From Chiloscyllium plagiosum (Eukaryota), in contig NW_025215340.1 in assembly GCF_004010195.1 (NCBI RefSeq), positions 24,170 through 88,169 on the forward strand: a stretch of DNA of 64,000 nucleotides. Reading direction: 5' to 3'. Of the stretch, positions 1 through 11,900 are shown piece by piece (within the stretch, counting starts at the first letter, position 1; each line of letters starts with the position of its first letter). The notes beneath the pieces were generated by a model that saw nothing but the letters and a program-made list of their open reading frames with translations, searched no databases and was not told the DNA's origin. A program made the position numbers and the translations under genes.

Positions 1-1708
1 AAGTTGTGTGTGGAGTCAGAGGAGATAGGGGAAGCACTAAATAAATATTTTTCGACAGTGTTCACTATAGAACATGAAAATGTTGGCGAGGAAGATACAG
101 AGATACTTGCATCTAGATGAGGAGAGATTGAGGTTCACAAGGAAGAGGTATTAGAAATACTGCAGAGTGTGAAAATAGACAGGTCCCCTGGGCTGGATGG
201 GATCTGTCCTAGGATCCTCTGGGAAGCAAGGGAAGAGATTGCCGAGCCTTTGGCATTGATCTTCAAATCATCATTGTCTACAGGAATAGTGCCTGAGGAC
301 TGCAGGATAGCAAATGTGGTTCCCTTGTTCAAAAAGGGCAGCAGAGACAACCCTGGTAATTACAGACCAGTGAGTCTCATTTCAGTTGTTGTTAAAGTGT
401 TGGAAAAGGTTATAAGAGATAGGATTTATAACCATCTAGAAAAGAATAATCTGATCAGGGACAGTCAGCACGGTTTTGTGAAGGGAAGGTCGGTGCCTAG
501 CGAATCTTATTGAGGTTTTTGACAAAGTGACCAAACAGGTAGATGAGAGTAAACCGGTTGGTGTGGTGTACATGGATTTCAGCAAGGCGCTCGATAAGGT
601 TCCCCACAGTAGGCTATTATACAAAATGCGGAGGAATGGGATTGTGGGAGACATAGCAGTTTGGATCAGTAATTGGCTTGCTGAAAGAAAACAGAGGGTT
701 GTAGTTGATGTATCATGTTCATCTTGGTGTCCAGTTACTAGCGGCGTACTGCAAGGGTCAGTGTTGGGTCCACTGCTGTTCATCATTTTTATATATGACC
801 TAGATGAGGGCTTAGAAGGGTGGGTTAGTCACAACTCCACCGACACTAAAGTCGGTGGAGTTGTGGATAGTGATGAAGGATGTAGAAGGTTGCAGAGAGA
901 CATAGATAGGATGCAGAGCTGGGCTGAGTGGTGACAAATGGAGTTTAATATGGTCAAGTGTGAGGTGATACACTTTGGACGAAGTAATCAGAATGCAAAG
1001 TACTGGGCTAATGGTAAGAAGCAGAGAGATCTCGGTGTCCATGTACACAGATCCCTGGAAGTTGCCACCCAGATTGACAGGGTTCTTAAGAAGGAATACA
1101 GTGTTTTGGCCTTTATTAACAGAGGGATTGAGTTCCAGAACCAGGAGGTTATGATGCAGCTGTACAAAGCTCTGGTACGGCCACACTTGGAGTATTGTGC
1201 ACAGTTCTGGTCACCGCATTATAAGAAGGATGTGGAAGTTTTGGAAAGGGTGCAGAGGAGATTTACTAGGATGTTGCCTGGTATGGAAGGAATGTCTTAT
1301 GAGGAAAGGCTGAGGGCCTTGAGGTTGTTCTTGTTAGAGAGAAGAAGATTGAGAGGTGACTTAATAGAGACATACAAGGTAATCAGAGGGTTAGGTAGGG
1401 TGGACAGGGAGAGCCTTTTTCCAAGTATGGGGACAGCAAACACGAGGGGACACAACTTTAAAGTCAGGGGAGATAGGTATAAGACAGATGTCAGAGGTAG
1501 TTTCTTTACTCAGAGAGTAGTAAGGCTGCTTTGCCTGCAACGGTAGTAGATTTGCCAAGTTGAAGTGCATTTAAGTCATCATTGGACAGGCATATGGACG
1601 TACATGGAATAGTGTAGGTGGGATGGGCTTCAGATTAGTATGACAGGGCGGCGCAACATCAAGGGCCGAAGGGCCTGTACTGCGCTGTAATGTTCTATGC
1701 TCTATGTT
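1..1708 (+). mobile_element. CR1-clade LINE, 3' part of ORF2 (RT) plus 3' UTR, disrupted
   Basis: ORFs 169..513, 527..934 and 938..1546 carry CR1 RT motifs ([62 protein letters not shown]) with frameshifts and stops. Ends in a (ttctatg)-type tail. Confidence 0.93.
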
Positions 1709-1709
1709 A

Positions 1710-4700
1710 AAAGTTGAGAATCGGAGGAGAGAGCACAGCCTAGGCAGGGGCTGTGTGTTGAGATAATGCCTGATATCTATAAAGACTTCACTTTTGTTTG
1801 TGATGTTTACTCAGAAAGAATGGGGGAGAAGGGAAAGAAGTTATAATTTTGAAAGATACAGTATCTAATCTGTTTCTAACAGTAAGAGATGAACATATTT
1901 GCACTCTTTCTGACCCTGTTACCAGACAGAATGGTAATAGATGGATAGAAATTTAGCATTCCCTTATGTAAGATCAGGTTGGATTGCCAAATTAACAGTA
2001 ACAGTGGCAGTGATTGACAGAGTCAAAGTGTAGTGCTGGTAAAGCACAGTATGCCAGGCAGCATCTGAGGAGCAGGAGAATCAATGTTTTGGGCATCAGC
2101 CCTTCATCAGGAAAGGGCTTATGACTGATTGACAGAATATCAGTTCCAAGAATATAGTTTGTTCTTGGAACTATTTTGCAGGATCCAAGTTGGGAGTGAC
2201 ACCCCTTGTTGTGGAGAAGCCAAGGGAAGACCAAGGAACTGAGGAGTTAAAAGAAAAGGTATTTTCCCAGACTGTGTAGTAACAAGATCCATTATCATAA
2301 GTCACAGCACGAAGCAAAAACTAAAGAGAAAGACAAAGGAGTTGAGGTTCAGTTAGTAGACACCCTGTTTGATGTAATGGTGCAGGAAAAACCTGAACAG
2401 GCAGAGGGTCAGGCAGAAGTGTTTAGCCCTAAAAAGCTAATGGATCACAACAGAAAGACGAGACAATAAAAAACATATACACTGATGCATACTCAGAAAT
2501 GGAGTCAGAATATATTCCTGAGGGCTATTATCTTAAAGATAGAATCCTAAGATGAAAATGGAGACCACAGCAGGTTAGTGCAGAGCAGAAATGGGCAGAC
2601 GTGCACCAGATTGTGTTGCCAGTAAAATACAGACAGGAAGTGTTACAGGTAGCACATAATTTACCATTAGGAAGTCACCTAGGAAGACTCAGGCTAAGAT
2701 ACAAAGCATTTCTATTGGCCTCGAATGCACAAGGATGTAGTTAAATTTTGCCATCCGTGTCATACATGCCAAATGGAAGATAAGCCACAGGCAGTGATAA
2801 AACCAGCAGCTTTGTTACCAATTCCCACATTCAAAGAACCTTTCACAGTGACTGTGTAGGGCCCTATCCCAAAAACTAGAAGTGGGAACCAGTACTTGCT
2901 AACCATAATGGATTAGATTAGATTAGATTACTTACAGTGTGGAAACAGGCCCTTCGGCCCAACAAGTCCACACCACCCCTCCGAAGAGCAACCCACCCAG
3001 ATCGATTCCCCTACATTTACCCCTTCACCTAACAGTATGAGCAATTTAGCATAGCCAATTCACCTAACCTGCATATTTTTGGACTGTGGGAGGAAACCGG
3101 AGAACCTGGAGGAAACCCACGCAGACACAGAGAATGTGCAAACTCCACACAAACAGTTGCCTGAGGCGGGAATTGAACCAGAGTCTCTGGCGCTGTGAGG
3201 CAGCAGTGCTAACCACTGTGCTACCGTGCCACCCGATGTGTTTACCAGATTTCAGGAGGCAATTCCATTACAAACTTTTGGATGTAGGTTTGCTCGCTGA
3301 GCTTGAAGGTTCATTTCCAAACGTTTCGTCACCCTGCGAGGTAACACCTTCAGTGGGCCTCAGGTGAAGCCCATTACCACCATTTTTGCCTTAATATTTT
3401 GTAGAGAAGTTAGTAGCTTTCTTCATCTGGTATGGGCTACCCAGAGAGATTCACTCAGACAAAGGATCTGATTTTATTACTAGGCAATTTAAGGAAGTCA
3501 TGGATAGCTTAGGCATACATCACTTTAAACCAAGTGCATATCTTGCAAAGCTCAAGGAGCTTTGGAAAAGTGGCATCAGACCTTGAAGACGATGTTAAGA
3601 GTGTACTGTCAGGATTACCTGAATGATTGGGATATTGTTTGCTATTAAAGATGTCCCAAACAAATCTACTCAGTTTACTCCCTTTGAGTTATTATTCCGA
3701 CATGAAGTGAGAAGAACTTTGAAATTAATTAAAGAAAAATTGAATGGACCAAAGTCAGAGATCTCACACTTGGATTATGTATCTGAGGTGAGGAAGAGAT
3801 TAAATCATGTAGGTGAGTTAGGTCAACAACACCTGAAGAGGGCGTAGCATAAAATGAAGCATGTGGCAGATAAAAACTCTGAAATTCAGACGTTTTCCCG
3901 TGGGATAACCTCCTTGTGTTATTACCAATGGTAGGAGATCCCTTGAAAAAACAGGTTTAGTGGTCCCTATCAAATTGAGAAAAAGTTGAGTCAGGTAAAC
4001 TATCTGGTTTAGATGCCAGACAGAAAAAACCTGTATCGGTTATGTCATGTGAATATGTTGAAACGTTATTATAATAGAGAAAGGAAACTGGAGAAACAAG
4101 TGTTAATTACTCGCCTGCAGAGTGAGGAATCAAATCCAGATGTTTTGACGTACCTCAAAACATGTTAAGCAATGAGGAAGTCCTTGAGGATAGGTTAGTG
4201 AACTATCCGTCTCAGGAGCAAAAGACCCAGTTGAAAGGTTTGTTGCAGCAGCATTAGGATATATGCAAGAATAAGGTGGGGAAGACTAATGCTATTGCGG
4301 ATGGGATAGAAGTAGGGAATTCTGTTCCGATAAAATAATACCCCTACAGGCTTAAATCTTTCAAAGCCACACAGGTCCAGAAGGAAGTGAATGTGATGCT
4401 CAGCGAAGATATAATTGATTCAAGTCAGAGTAAGTGGAGTTTGCTGATTGTGTTAGTTCCCAAACTTGACAAGTTTTATGTACACTATTGGAAGGTCAAT
4501 GCCATAACAAAATCAAGAGTCCTAGCCAACAACAAGTTTGGCGGACTGTATAGAGAAAGTTGGACAAGCCAGTTACATCACAAAGTTGGACTTACCTGCG
4601 TGGTTATTGGCAGCTACCTTTATCAGAAAAAGCGAAATAAGTTTGTGTTTGTAACCCAAAATGGACTATATCAATCCAAAGTGATGCCTTTTGGGATGAA

Positions 4701-5487
4701 GAACACACCCACCACATTCCAAAAACTCATGAGGTAGTGATCTTTAGTTAGTCATGGAAAGATCACATGGTTCAGTTGGCAGAGCTCTTTGAATGATTAA
4801 GAAAAACTGGTAATAAACTTAACGAAAACAGAATTTGCAAAGGCAGAGGTGACGTTCTTGGGACATAACATCGGTCAAGGAAGTTTGACCCTAAGGAACG
4901 CAAAGACAAAGGCCATTGAGGAATTACCACGACCAACCTCAAATAAAGCAGTGCTTCATGTTTTAGAATTAAGCGGATTCTACCAGAAGTTTGTTCCAAA
5001 CTGTAGCAGCGTTGTGGCACCGCTTACAGTTTTACTGAAGAAGAACACAAAATTTCAGTGGACAAAACAATGCCATGAGGCATTTGACAATTTAAAAGCA
5101 GTATCAACCATTCCACCATTTTAGCTACACCAAAGTTTTTGAAACTTTGACAAGTTGCCAATTGGCTGTTCAATTCTATCATCATCTTCCTGTAGCAGTA
5201 CAGCTCCAACTCCTATAATCGCTAGCATCGATTGCAACTTTAAAGAAACTCAACAGCCATCAGAGAAAATACTCTACCATCGAAAAGGAATTATTGAGTT
5301 TGGTATTGGCCTTACAACATTTAATGTTTAGGTGATGAGCAATGTGTCAGAGACAGTTGTGTAGATGTATCACAATTTTCTTACATTCTTGGAAAAATTT
5401 AAAGACAAGAATTTGCAACTAATGCTATTGCAGATGCGGTAGAAGTAGGGAATACTGTTCCAATAAAAAAAAAACACCCCTACAGGC
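1710..5487 (+). mobile_element. Degenerate Ty3/gypsy LTR retrotransposon pol, Gmr1-like order PR-INT-RT-RH
   Basis: Protease-like IILKDT at about 1845. Integrase HHCC region (H..PLGSHLG...FYWPRMHKDVVKFCHPCHTCQ) at about 2650-2770. Integrase core and C-terminus (LFAIKDVPNKSTQFTPFELLF, FSGPYQIEKKLSQVNYLV) to about 4080. RT (PYRL, SKWSLLIVLVPK, GLYQSKVMPFGMKNTPTTFQKLM, FLGHNIG) at 4300-5100. RNase H (YSTIEKELLSLV) at about 5270. Many stops; interrupted by SINE and Penelope-derived inserts. Confidence 0.85.
2912..3235 (-). mobile_element. V-SINE (shark HE1-like SINE)
   Basis: (ttaga)n tail on +, reverse-complement V-domain (gaggaaaccggag...ggaggaaacccacgcagacac...tgcaaactccacac) and tRNA-like head; inserted into the gypsy integrase. 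Confidence 0.85.
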
Positions 5488-5589
5488 AGATGCTGGAGAT
5501 CAGAATCGAGAAAAGCACAACAGGTGAGGCAGCATCTGAGGAGAAGGAGAATCAATGTTTCAGGCACGAGCGCTTCCTCACAAATAAAA

Positions 5590-6340
5590 CCTCTCTTGCA
5601 CACTCTCAGAAAGGCTCTACATCCTTCCTGTAATGCAGAACTGAATACAATGCTCCAAATATGGCCTAACCAAATGAAGGACTAGTGCCCGAAAAGTCGA
5701 TTTTCCTGCTCCTCAGATCTGCCTGACCTGCTGTGCTTTTCCACTCTTAATTCCCTCCGAACTTCTATAAAGCTGCATCTTCACTTCCTGACTCTTGTAC
5801 TCAACACTTCGATCAATAAAGGCAAGCATGCCGTATGCTTTCCTTATCACCCTATCTATTTGTGTGGGCATTTTCAGGGAGCTATGGGCTAGGACGCCAA
5901 GATTCCTCTACCTCAACGCTATTAAGGATCCTGTCATTATACTTACCCTTAACATTTGATCTCTCCAAGTGCAAAACCTTGCTCTTGCCTGTATTAAATT
6001 CCATCTGAAATTTCTCATCCCATTTCAGCAACTGATTTATCTCCAGCTGTATCCTTTGACAACTTTTACATCATCCACAACTTCCCTGATCTTTGTGTCA
6101 TCTATAAACTTACAAACCCACCCACCTGTGTTTTCAGCCAAATCATTTATATAACTACAAAGAGGTCTCAGTACGGATGCCCGTGGATTGCCAGTAGTCA
6201 CATTTCCATCACTACCCTCTGTTGTCTATGGGCAAGCCAACTCTGAATTCAAAAGCCCAAGTCACCATGGATCCCATGCATCTTAATCTTGATGTACCTA
6301 CCATGAGGAACCTTGTTGAAAGCTTTATTAAAATCCTGAG
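5590..6340 (-). mobile_element. CR1-like LINE fragment
   Basis: Reverse complement of CR1 RT sequence (acatccttcctgtaatg, ttaaattccatctg, gtgtcatctataaac, catgaggaaccttgttgaaagc), degenerate. Confidence 0.7.
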
Positions 6341-7554
6341 GGGCCTTAACCAGATGTAAATGGAAAATATGTTACCTCTACTCTTGACTGCCTTTGGGAC
6401 ATGCTTTTTAATTTGCATTCTAACTCCTGCTTTTAGAATCTCATCACCTTGATTACCTATCTCCTTGGCCACTGTATACAATTCAGCATAGACAATCCAC
6501 TTTGCCTGCACAACTTTGGACTGTGGAGGAAACTGGCACACATGGAGGAAACCCACGCAGACTCGGGGAGAATATACAAGCTGCACATAGAAAGTCACCA
6601 TAATACAAACCTGGCTCCCTGGCACTGTGAGGCAGCAATGCTAACTACTGAGCCACCATGCCACCCTTATTGCAACAAATTATTGCATTTTTAAACTTTT
6701 CCTAATTCTAATGAAAGATCATTGATTTGAAAATTTAGTTCTGTATCTCTCTCTGCAGATGCTGTTTAACCCATGTATTCCTTGCAGATTTTTACTTCAG
6801 ATTTCCAATAACCCCAGTATTTTGCTTTTGACTTACCAAACTCACTTTACCAGCCTAATGTCTTGTACTGCTGTAGCACTCTGCCAAGAGACAAGTCCCA
6901 GTAGTAGTCACTGGGACCCCAAAACTTTGTTTATAATATCTCAACATGATCGATTAGCAATTCTGGCACCTGTGACAATTGAGCAAAAAGGCAGGTATAG
7001 CAGCATCTGTGGAGAGAATGTAAAGTTAATATTTTGACTCCACTGACTCTTCTTCAGAACTGGGAGAAGTTCTTTCTACTAAATAATCCCCAGTTCACAA
7101 ATTTCACCAATATTCATTGTAAGCCTCCATCTTACTGAACTACAAGTTTTACAAATGATAAATTGTTGTCACACAACCATGCAATTAATTGGTCATCCAT
7201 GTCTAAAATATCAACCTCATTTTTAAGAATCAAGTCATTCCATTGCAAAATTAGTCAAGATCAAATTTGTGGATTTACTCATTTTCATCTTTATTTATTT
7301 AACTTCTGAGTAGCCAGTTTGATAAGAACAGATGACTTCAGCACAATGATTACCAAAACTTTCTGTGACAGGGGCTTTCCATACCCCATGTTAGGGTCTG
7401 TTGTAGATTGATGTAATAGGTCAATAATTTCATTATTGCTGCAGCATGTGATTTCCAGGATTGTAGAAGGTATACTAGATTAACTATAATCTTACTTCTT
7501 TCAACATTTCCCATGTTCTCGTGTGAAGGGACGCATGTGAACAATCTATAGGGA

Positions 7555-7910
7555 ATCTGATGGCCTAGTGATATTATCGCTGAAGTGTTAATCCAGAGAC
7601 CCAGGTAATGTCGTGGACACATGGGTTAAAATCCAGCCGCGGAAGATGTTGGAATTTAAATTCAACAAAAATCTGGAATTAAGAGTCTAATGATGACTAT
7701 GGAACCTTTGTCAATTGTCAGAAAAACCCATCTAGCTCACCAATGCCTTGTAGAGAAGGAAACTGTCATCCTTATCTGGTCTGGAGTACATGTGAATCCA
7801 GACCCACAACAATGAAGTTGACTCTTAACTGCCTTATGGGTTATTAGGGATGGATAATAATGTTGGCTTAGCCAGTCATGCCCATGTACTGTGAATGAAT
7901 AAAAGAAAAG
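7555..7910 (+). mobile_element. Deu-domain SINE (SacSINE1-like)
   Basis: tRNA-like head, Deu-like core (agaaggaaactgtcatccttatctggtctgg...gttgactcttaactgcc) and tail tgaatgaataaaa. Confidence 0.75.
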
Positions 7911-8419
7911 TAGGCTATTTTACCTCTTCAGCATGTTCCACAAATCAATGTGATCTCAGCTGATTTGAAACTTAATTCCATGCATCTGCTTTCTCTGAGA
8001 CTTTTGTTGTCCAAAGGTATCAACGATCTCAGATTTAAATCTAGTCTTGATCTGCCACCAGTTTCCATTGAAGAAGAGTTTCAAATTTCTATAGTCCTTT
8101 GCATGTTGAATTAATATCATCCCTGATGGGTCTGACTCTATGCTCCCTAAAACTGGATGTTATATCCCAGAAAGTGAAGGATCAGATTGGAGGAAATCTT
8201 TACATGCTTTAAGAACCATTTATTTGTCAAGATACATATTACAAATATGCACCTCACAACTCAACGATTCAGTATGTTCTTACTTATTGGAGCACAAATG
8301 CATCCTCAGTCAATTCCCACCATTAATATGCAATTAACATCTGACTCTCCAAACAGTGAAATTAGCTTTTCTGTATTCCTGTTAATTGTTCTTCTTAATA
8401 AATTGAAAATTGAATAATT

Positions 8420-8770
8420 CTTTTTTTATTCACGTGATGAAGGCATCGCTGGCCCATCATTTCTTGCCCATCCCTAATTGCCCAGAGGGCAGTTAAGAGT
8501 TAACTACAATGCTGTCTGTCTGGAGTCACATGGTGGCAAGACCAGGTAAAGATGGCAGATTCCTTCCCTGAAGGACATTAGTGAACTAGATGAGTTTTTG
8601 TAACAATTCACAATGGATTCATGGTCGTCATTAGACTGTTAATTCCAGATTTTACTGAGTTCAAATTACACCATCTGCCATGGCAAGATTGAACCCAGGT
8701 CCCCAGATTATTACCTGGGTCTCTGGATTAACAGTCTATCGATAATGCCACTCGTCTATTCCTTCCCTGA
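8420..8770 (-). mobile_element. Deu-domain SINE (SacSINE1-like), inverted relative to 7555-7910
   Basis: Reverse complement of the same family (gggcagttaagagttaac...ccaggtaaagatggcagattccttccctgaaggacattagtgaac). Further copies at about 40600-40790 (+), 54540-55215 (-) and 58965-59215 (-). Confidence 0.75.
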
Positions 8771-8779
8771 TTGTTTGTA

Positions 8780-8785
8780 TTTATT
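8780..8785 (-). promoter_or_regulatory. Candidate KHK polyadenylation signal AATAAA
   Basis: tttatt on the + strand, about 118 nt downstream of the KHK stop codon; the first AATAAA seen after the stop. Confidence 0.5.
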
Positions 8786-8902
8786 TCAAAATCAAAGGAA
8801 ATCATCAAAATCATTTTAATATATTTACAAAGTTGCAAGAATAACCAGATTCCTTAGTAGACCTTTCTTATTTCAATGATCTGTGAATATTCATTTCTCC
8901 AA

Positions 8903-8988
8903 TCATACAATTCCATCATATCCTTGAATTCCACACTTTCTCCCTGCGATTTGACAACCGAATATCAATGATTCCTGAATACATTTGC
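8903..8988 (-). CDS. KHK: KHK last coding exon (86 nt including TGA)
   Basis: ttttcttacag|GC AAA TGT...ATT GTA TGA; encodes (G)[27 protein letters not shown]. Confidence 0.96.
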
Positions 8989-11900
8989 CTGTAAGAAAAT
9001 CATAGCAAAGTGTCAGGCTAAATTTTCATTCTTCATAGTGACTGACAAGTGCAGGATGTACAATTTAACTTACTTTGGTAGAATGTACGAGTACACTGTC
9101 ACACTATCAATTGACAAGATTAAAAAAAAAGCACTGTGGGGTATACATTTTACAAAGCTATTAGTTATCTTGACAAACATTAGAGCAATGCAATTGCCAA
9201 GGCACACAAAGAGCAAGTTAAATGAAATACCTTTAGAGAAAGCTTTTCTTTTTAAGGTTGACTTAGCATCACCAAAATACAATTATAGCACATCCACCAT
9301 AAGCTATCAAAGTCATCAAAGATAGACCTACCATTGTACAATGAAAATAGTACAGCTGCAATGAATGTATCTCCTGCTCCAAGGGTATCGACAAGTTTTT
9401 CAGGAGGAAAGGCGTTTGAATGAAAGACACCATCAGGACCCATTGCATCAGCTCCCTGCTCAGCCCAGGCACAGATTAAGTAGGCACTAAAGGTCAAAAA
9501 GACAATCAGATCAACAGGACATGATAGTGTAATTTTGGCTTTTCAATGGTCATTTCATTTACATTCGAGTAAGGGGAGTTATTAATGGAAGTTTAATCAG
9601 AATAATGGGCCGTGTCTGTGTCAAAAGCAAAGAGTTTGTTGTCAGAAAGGCTTAAAAATTCAGGCTACTAGAACCACAAAAATTCAATATATGCTCTTTG
9701 TTTCTGGAGAGGTGGAATTTAAATATAGAGAAGTTACTTTAAAACTGCATTAAATCTTGGTTAGATCACAGTGCTTTTTTTTTAATCTTGTCAATCTTGG
9801 TTAGATTACATACCATACAGTTCTGCTTCGTATATGATAGGAGATATAGAGATCCAAAGTGTTACCCAGGTGTCTTTGATGGTGGAACTGAGAAGAAAAT
9901 AAGACTGGAGAGTTTTCAAATGGCAAGCTGATGAGTTTCTTTTTATTGCCACTTTTGCCACAGCTGACGTGGAAGCACCAATGCCCAGGCAGTGATGGAA
10001 AGTCTATGTGAATATTTAACTGCTCACTTTTGGGTGCTTCCAAGCAGTGGATGGACACCCCATTGAGGGTTATGCCCAGAGCTTGGGTGTGAGGAATTCT
10101 TGGTGGTGGCTGACCTAGGGATCAGAAGTCCTCCATTGCTTATATTCCCTGTCAGCATAAGTTCTGAGGTAGACCTATAGGCCAGCCCCTCCACAGGTTT
10201 GGCCTGGCAGCCATGTCCGCAAGTATTTTTTAAAAAATTGAATTCATCACCTGAAGACCTCTCCAGCTTGAAGCACCCCCACATTCTCCTGCCTGCCATA
10301 GCACTGCCCACCACTTTTGATTAGGCTAACTGCAGGACAAAGTTGAAGGCTTTTCCATCGGGCTGGATGACTAATCAAATTCAGGATGGCTATTTACTAG
10401 CTATGTCTGGTAAATTCATACAGGTGGTGGCCAGGGTATGCTTTTGGTCCCCAGCTCAGAAAATCTTCAAATGTGGTAAGATTTCATTCATAGAACCACA
10501 AATTTATTCCAGCACAGATGTAGCACATTCAGCCGTAATCTATGCTAACTGTTTGTTGTGCAATCTAGTCATTTCCATTTCTCTGAGAGAAAGTGTGGGC
10601 TGCAGATGCTGGAGATCAGAGCTGAAAATGTGTTGCTGGAAAAGCGCAGCAGGTCAGGCAGCATCCAAGGAACAGGAGAATTGACGTTTCAGGAAGAAGG
10701 GCTTATGCCCGAAACGTCGATTCTCCTGTTCCTTGGATGCTGCCTGACCAGCTGCGCTTTTCCAGCAACACATTTTCATTTCTATTTCTCTCCCCATTTT
10801 CATAACCTTGCAAATTCTTTTCCTTCAAATGCCAATTAATTTCCTTCCAAAACCCTTAAACACAGTAGGTTTGAGGTCATTCTACTCCTGCATCTCAAGT
10901 ACAAAATGTTATGTAAATGGACACTAATTTTGTACTATGTGGAACAGTTGTTCCTTAACCATCTTACTCTTTTCTCAAAAAGAGAAAGTTGAGGGGAGAA
11001 GTTAACAAACATGGTGTTTTCACTTATGGGGAAGAGCAATATAATATAATCATTAAAAATTCAAAAGAAACCTTTCACCCGAAGAATGATAAGAATGTGG
11101 TATACTCCAACACAGGGACAAATGGAACAGAATGATGTTGACGCATTTGAGGGCAAGCTGGATAAACTGAAGGGAAAAGGGAATGAGTTACACCTGTACA
11201 GTTGGATGCAGGATCAAGCTGAGCCTAAATATTGATTTGGAATGGTTTGGCCTAATGGCGTGTTAATCTGTGTATATTCCACCTAATTTCGCATGTTTTA
11301 CATCAGGCTCTACTAAGGCAAATTGCATGTTCACCCTGCTGCAGATGCTTGAATGTGGAGGCCAACTGCTTTGGCCTTGAAGACAGATGGCTGAATGGTA
11401 CTAAAGCTCTAGTTACATCGAATGTTCATCTTTAAAATTCTATTTATGGTGATGGAATGAGACAAAAATGCCAGTGAATTCATAGAGAGAAAAAAAAATT
11501 GCTGGAAATCAGAAACAAAAATAGAAATTGCTGGAAAGATTCAGCAGATGTGGCTGTGGACAGAAAGCAGAATTGACATTTTGGATTCAGTGAATTGTTT
11601 TCAGAACAGACCTCCACAGATTCTGCTAGACCTGCTGAGTTTTTCCAGCAATTTCAGTTTTTGTTGCCCTTTAGTTTAGATCTCTGCTTGTACTTACCCT
11701 GGCTTTACTCGGTTGTAAAGTCCTTTTACAGCTTCTGATGCAGAATTAAACCCAAAATGTCTGGCAACGTCTTTGCTGATGAAAACCTAAGGCATGTATA
11801 TACACAAGGCAAGCATTGTTTAGTCTGATTTTATTCCTTCTTCAAATTTATACTGAATGTTTGTTTCAGGTATAGCAAGATTTGTGTTATCTGGCAGCTC

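Noticed and set aside
2912..3235. SINE heads as tRNA genes
   Set aside because: They are degenerate tRNA-derived heads attached to V-domain bodies and microsatellite tails, with no full cloverleaf.
9252..9497. ORF 9252..9497 as a standalone or bacterial-type PfkB kinase gene
   Set aside because: It is KHK exon 7 plus intronic read-through, bounded by canonical splice sites.
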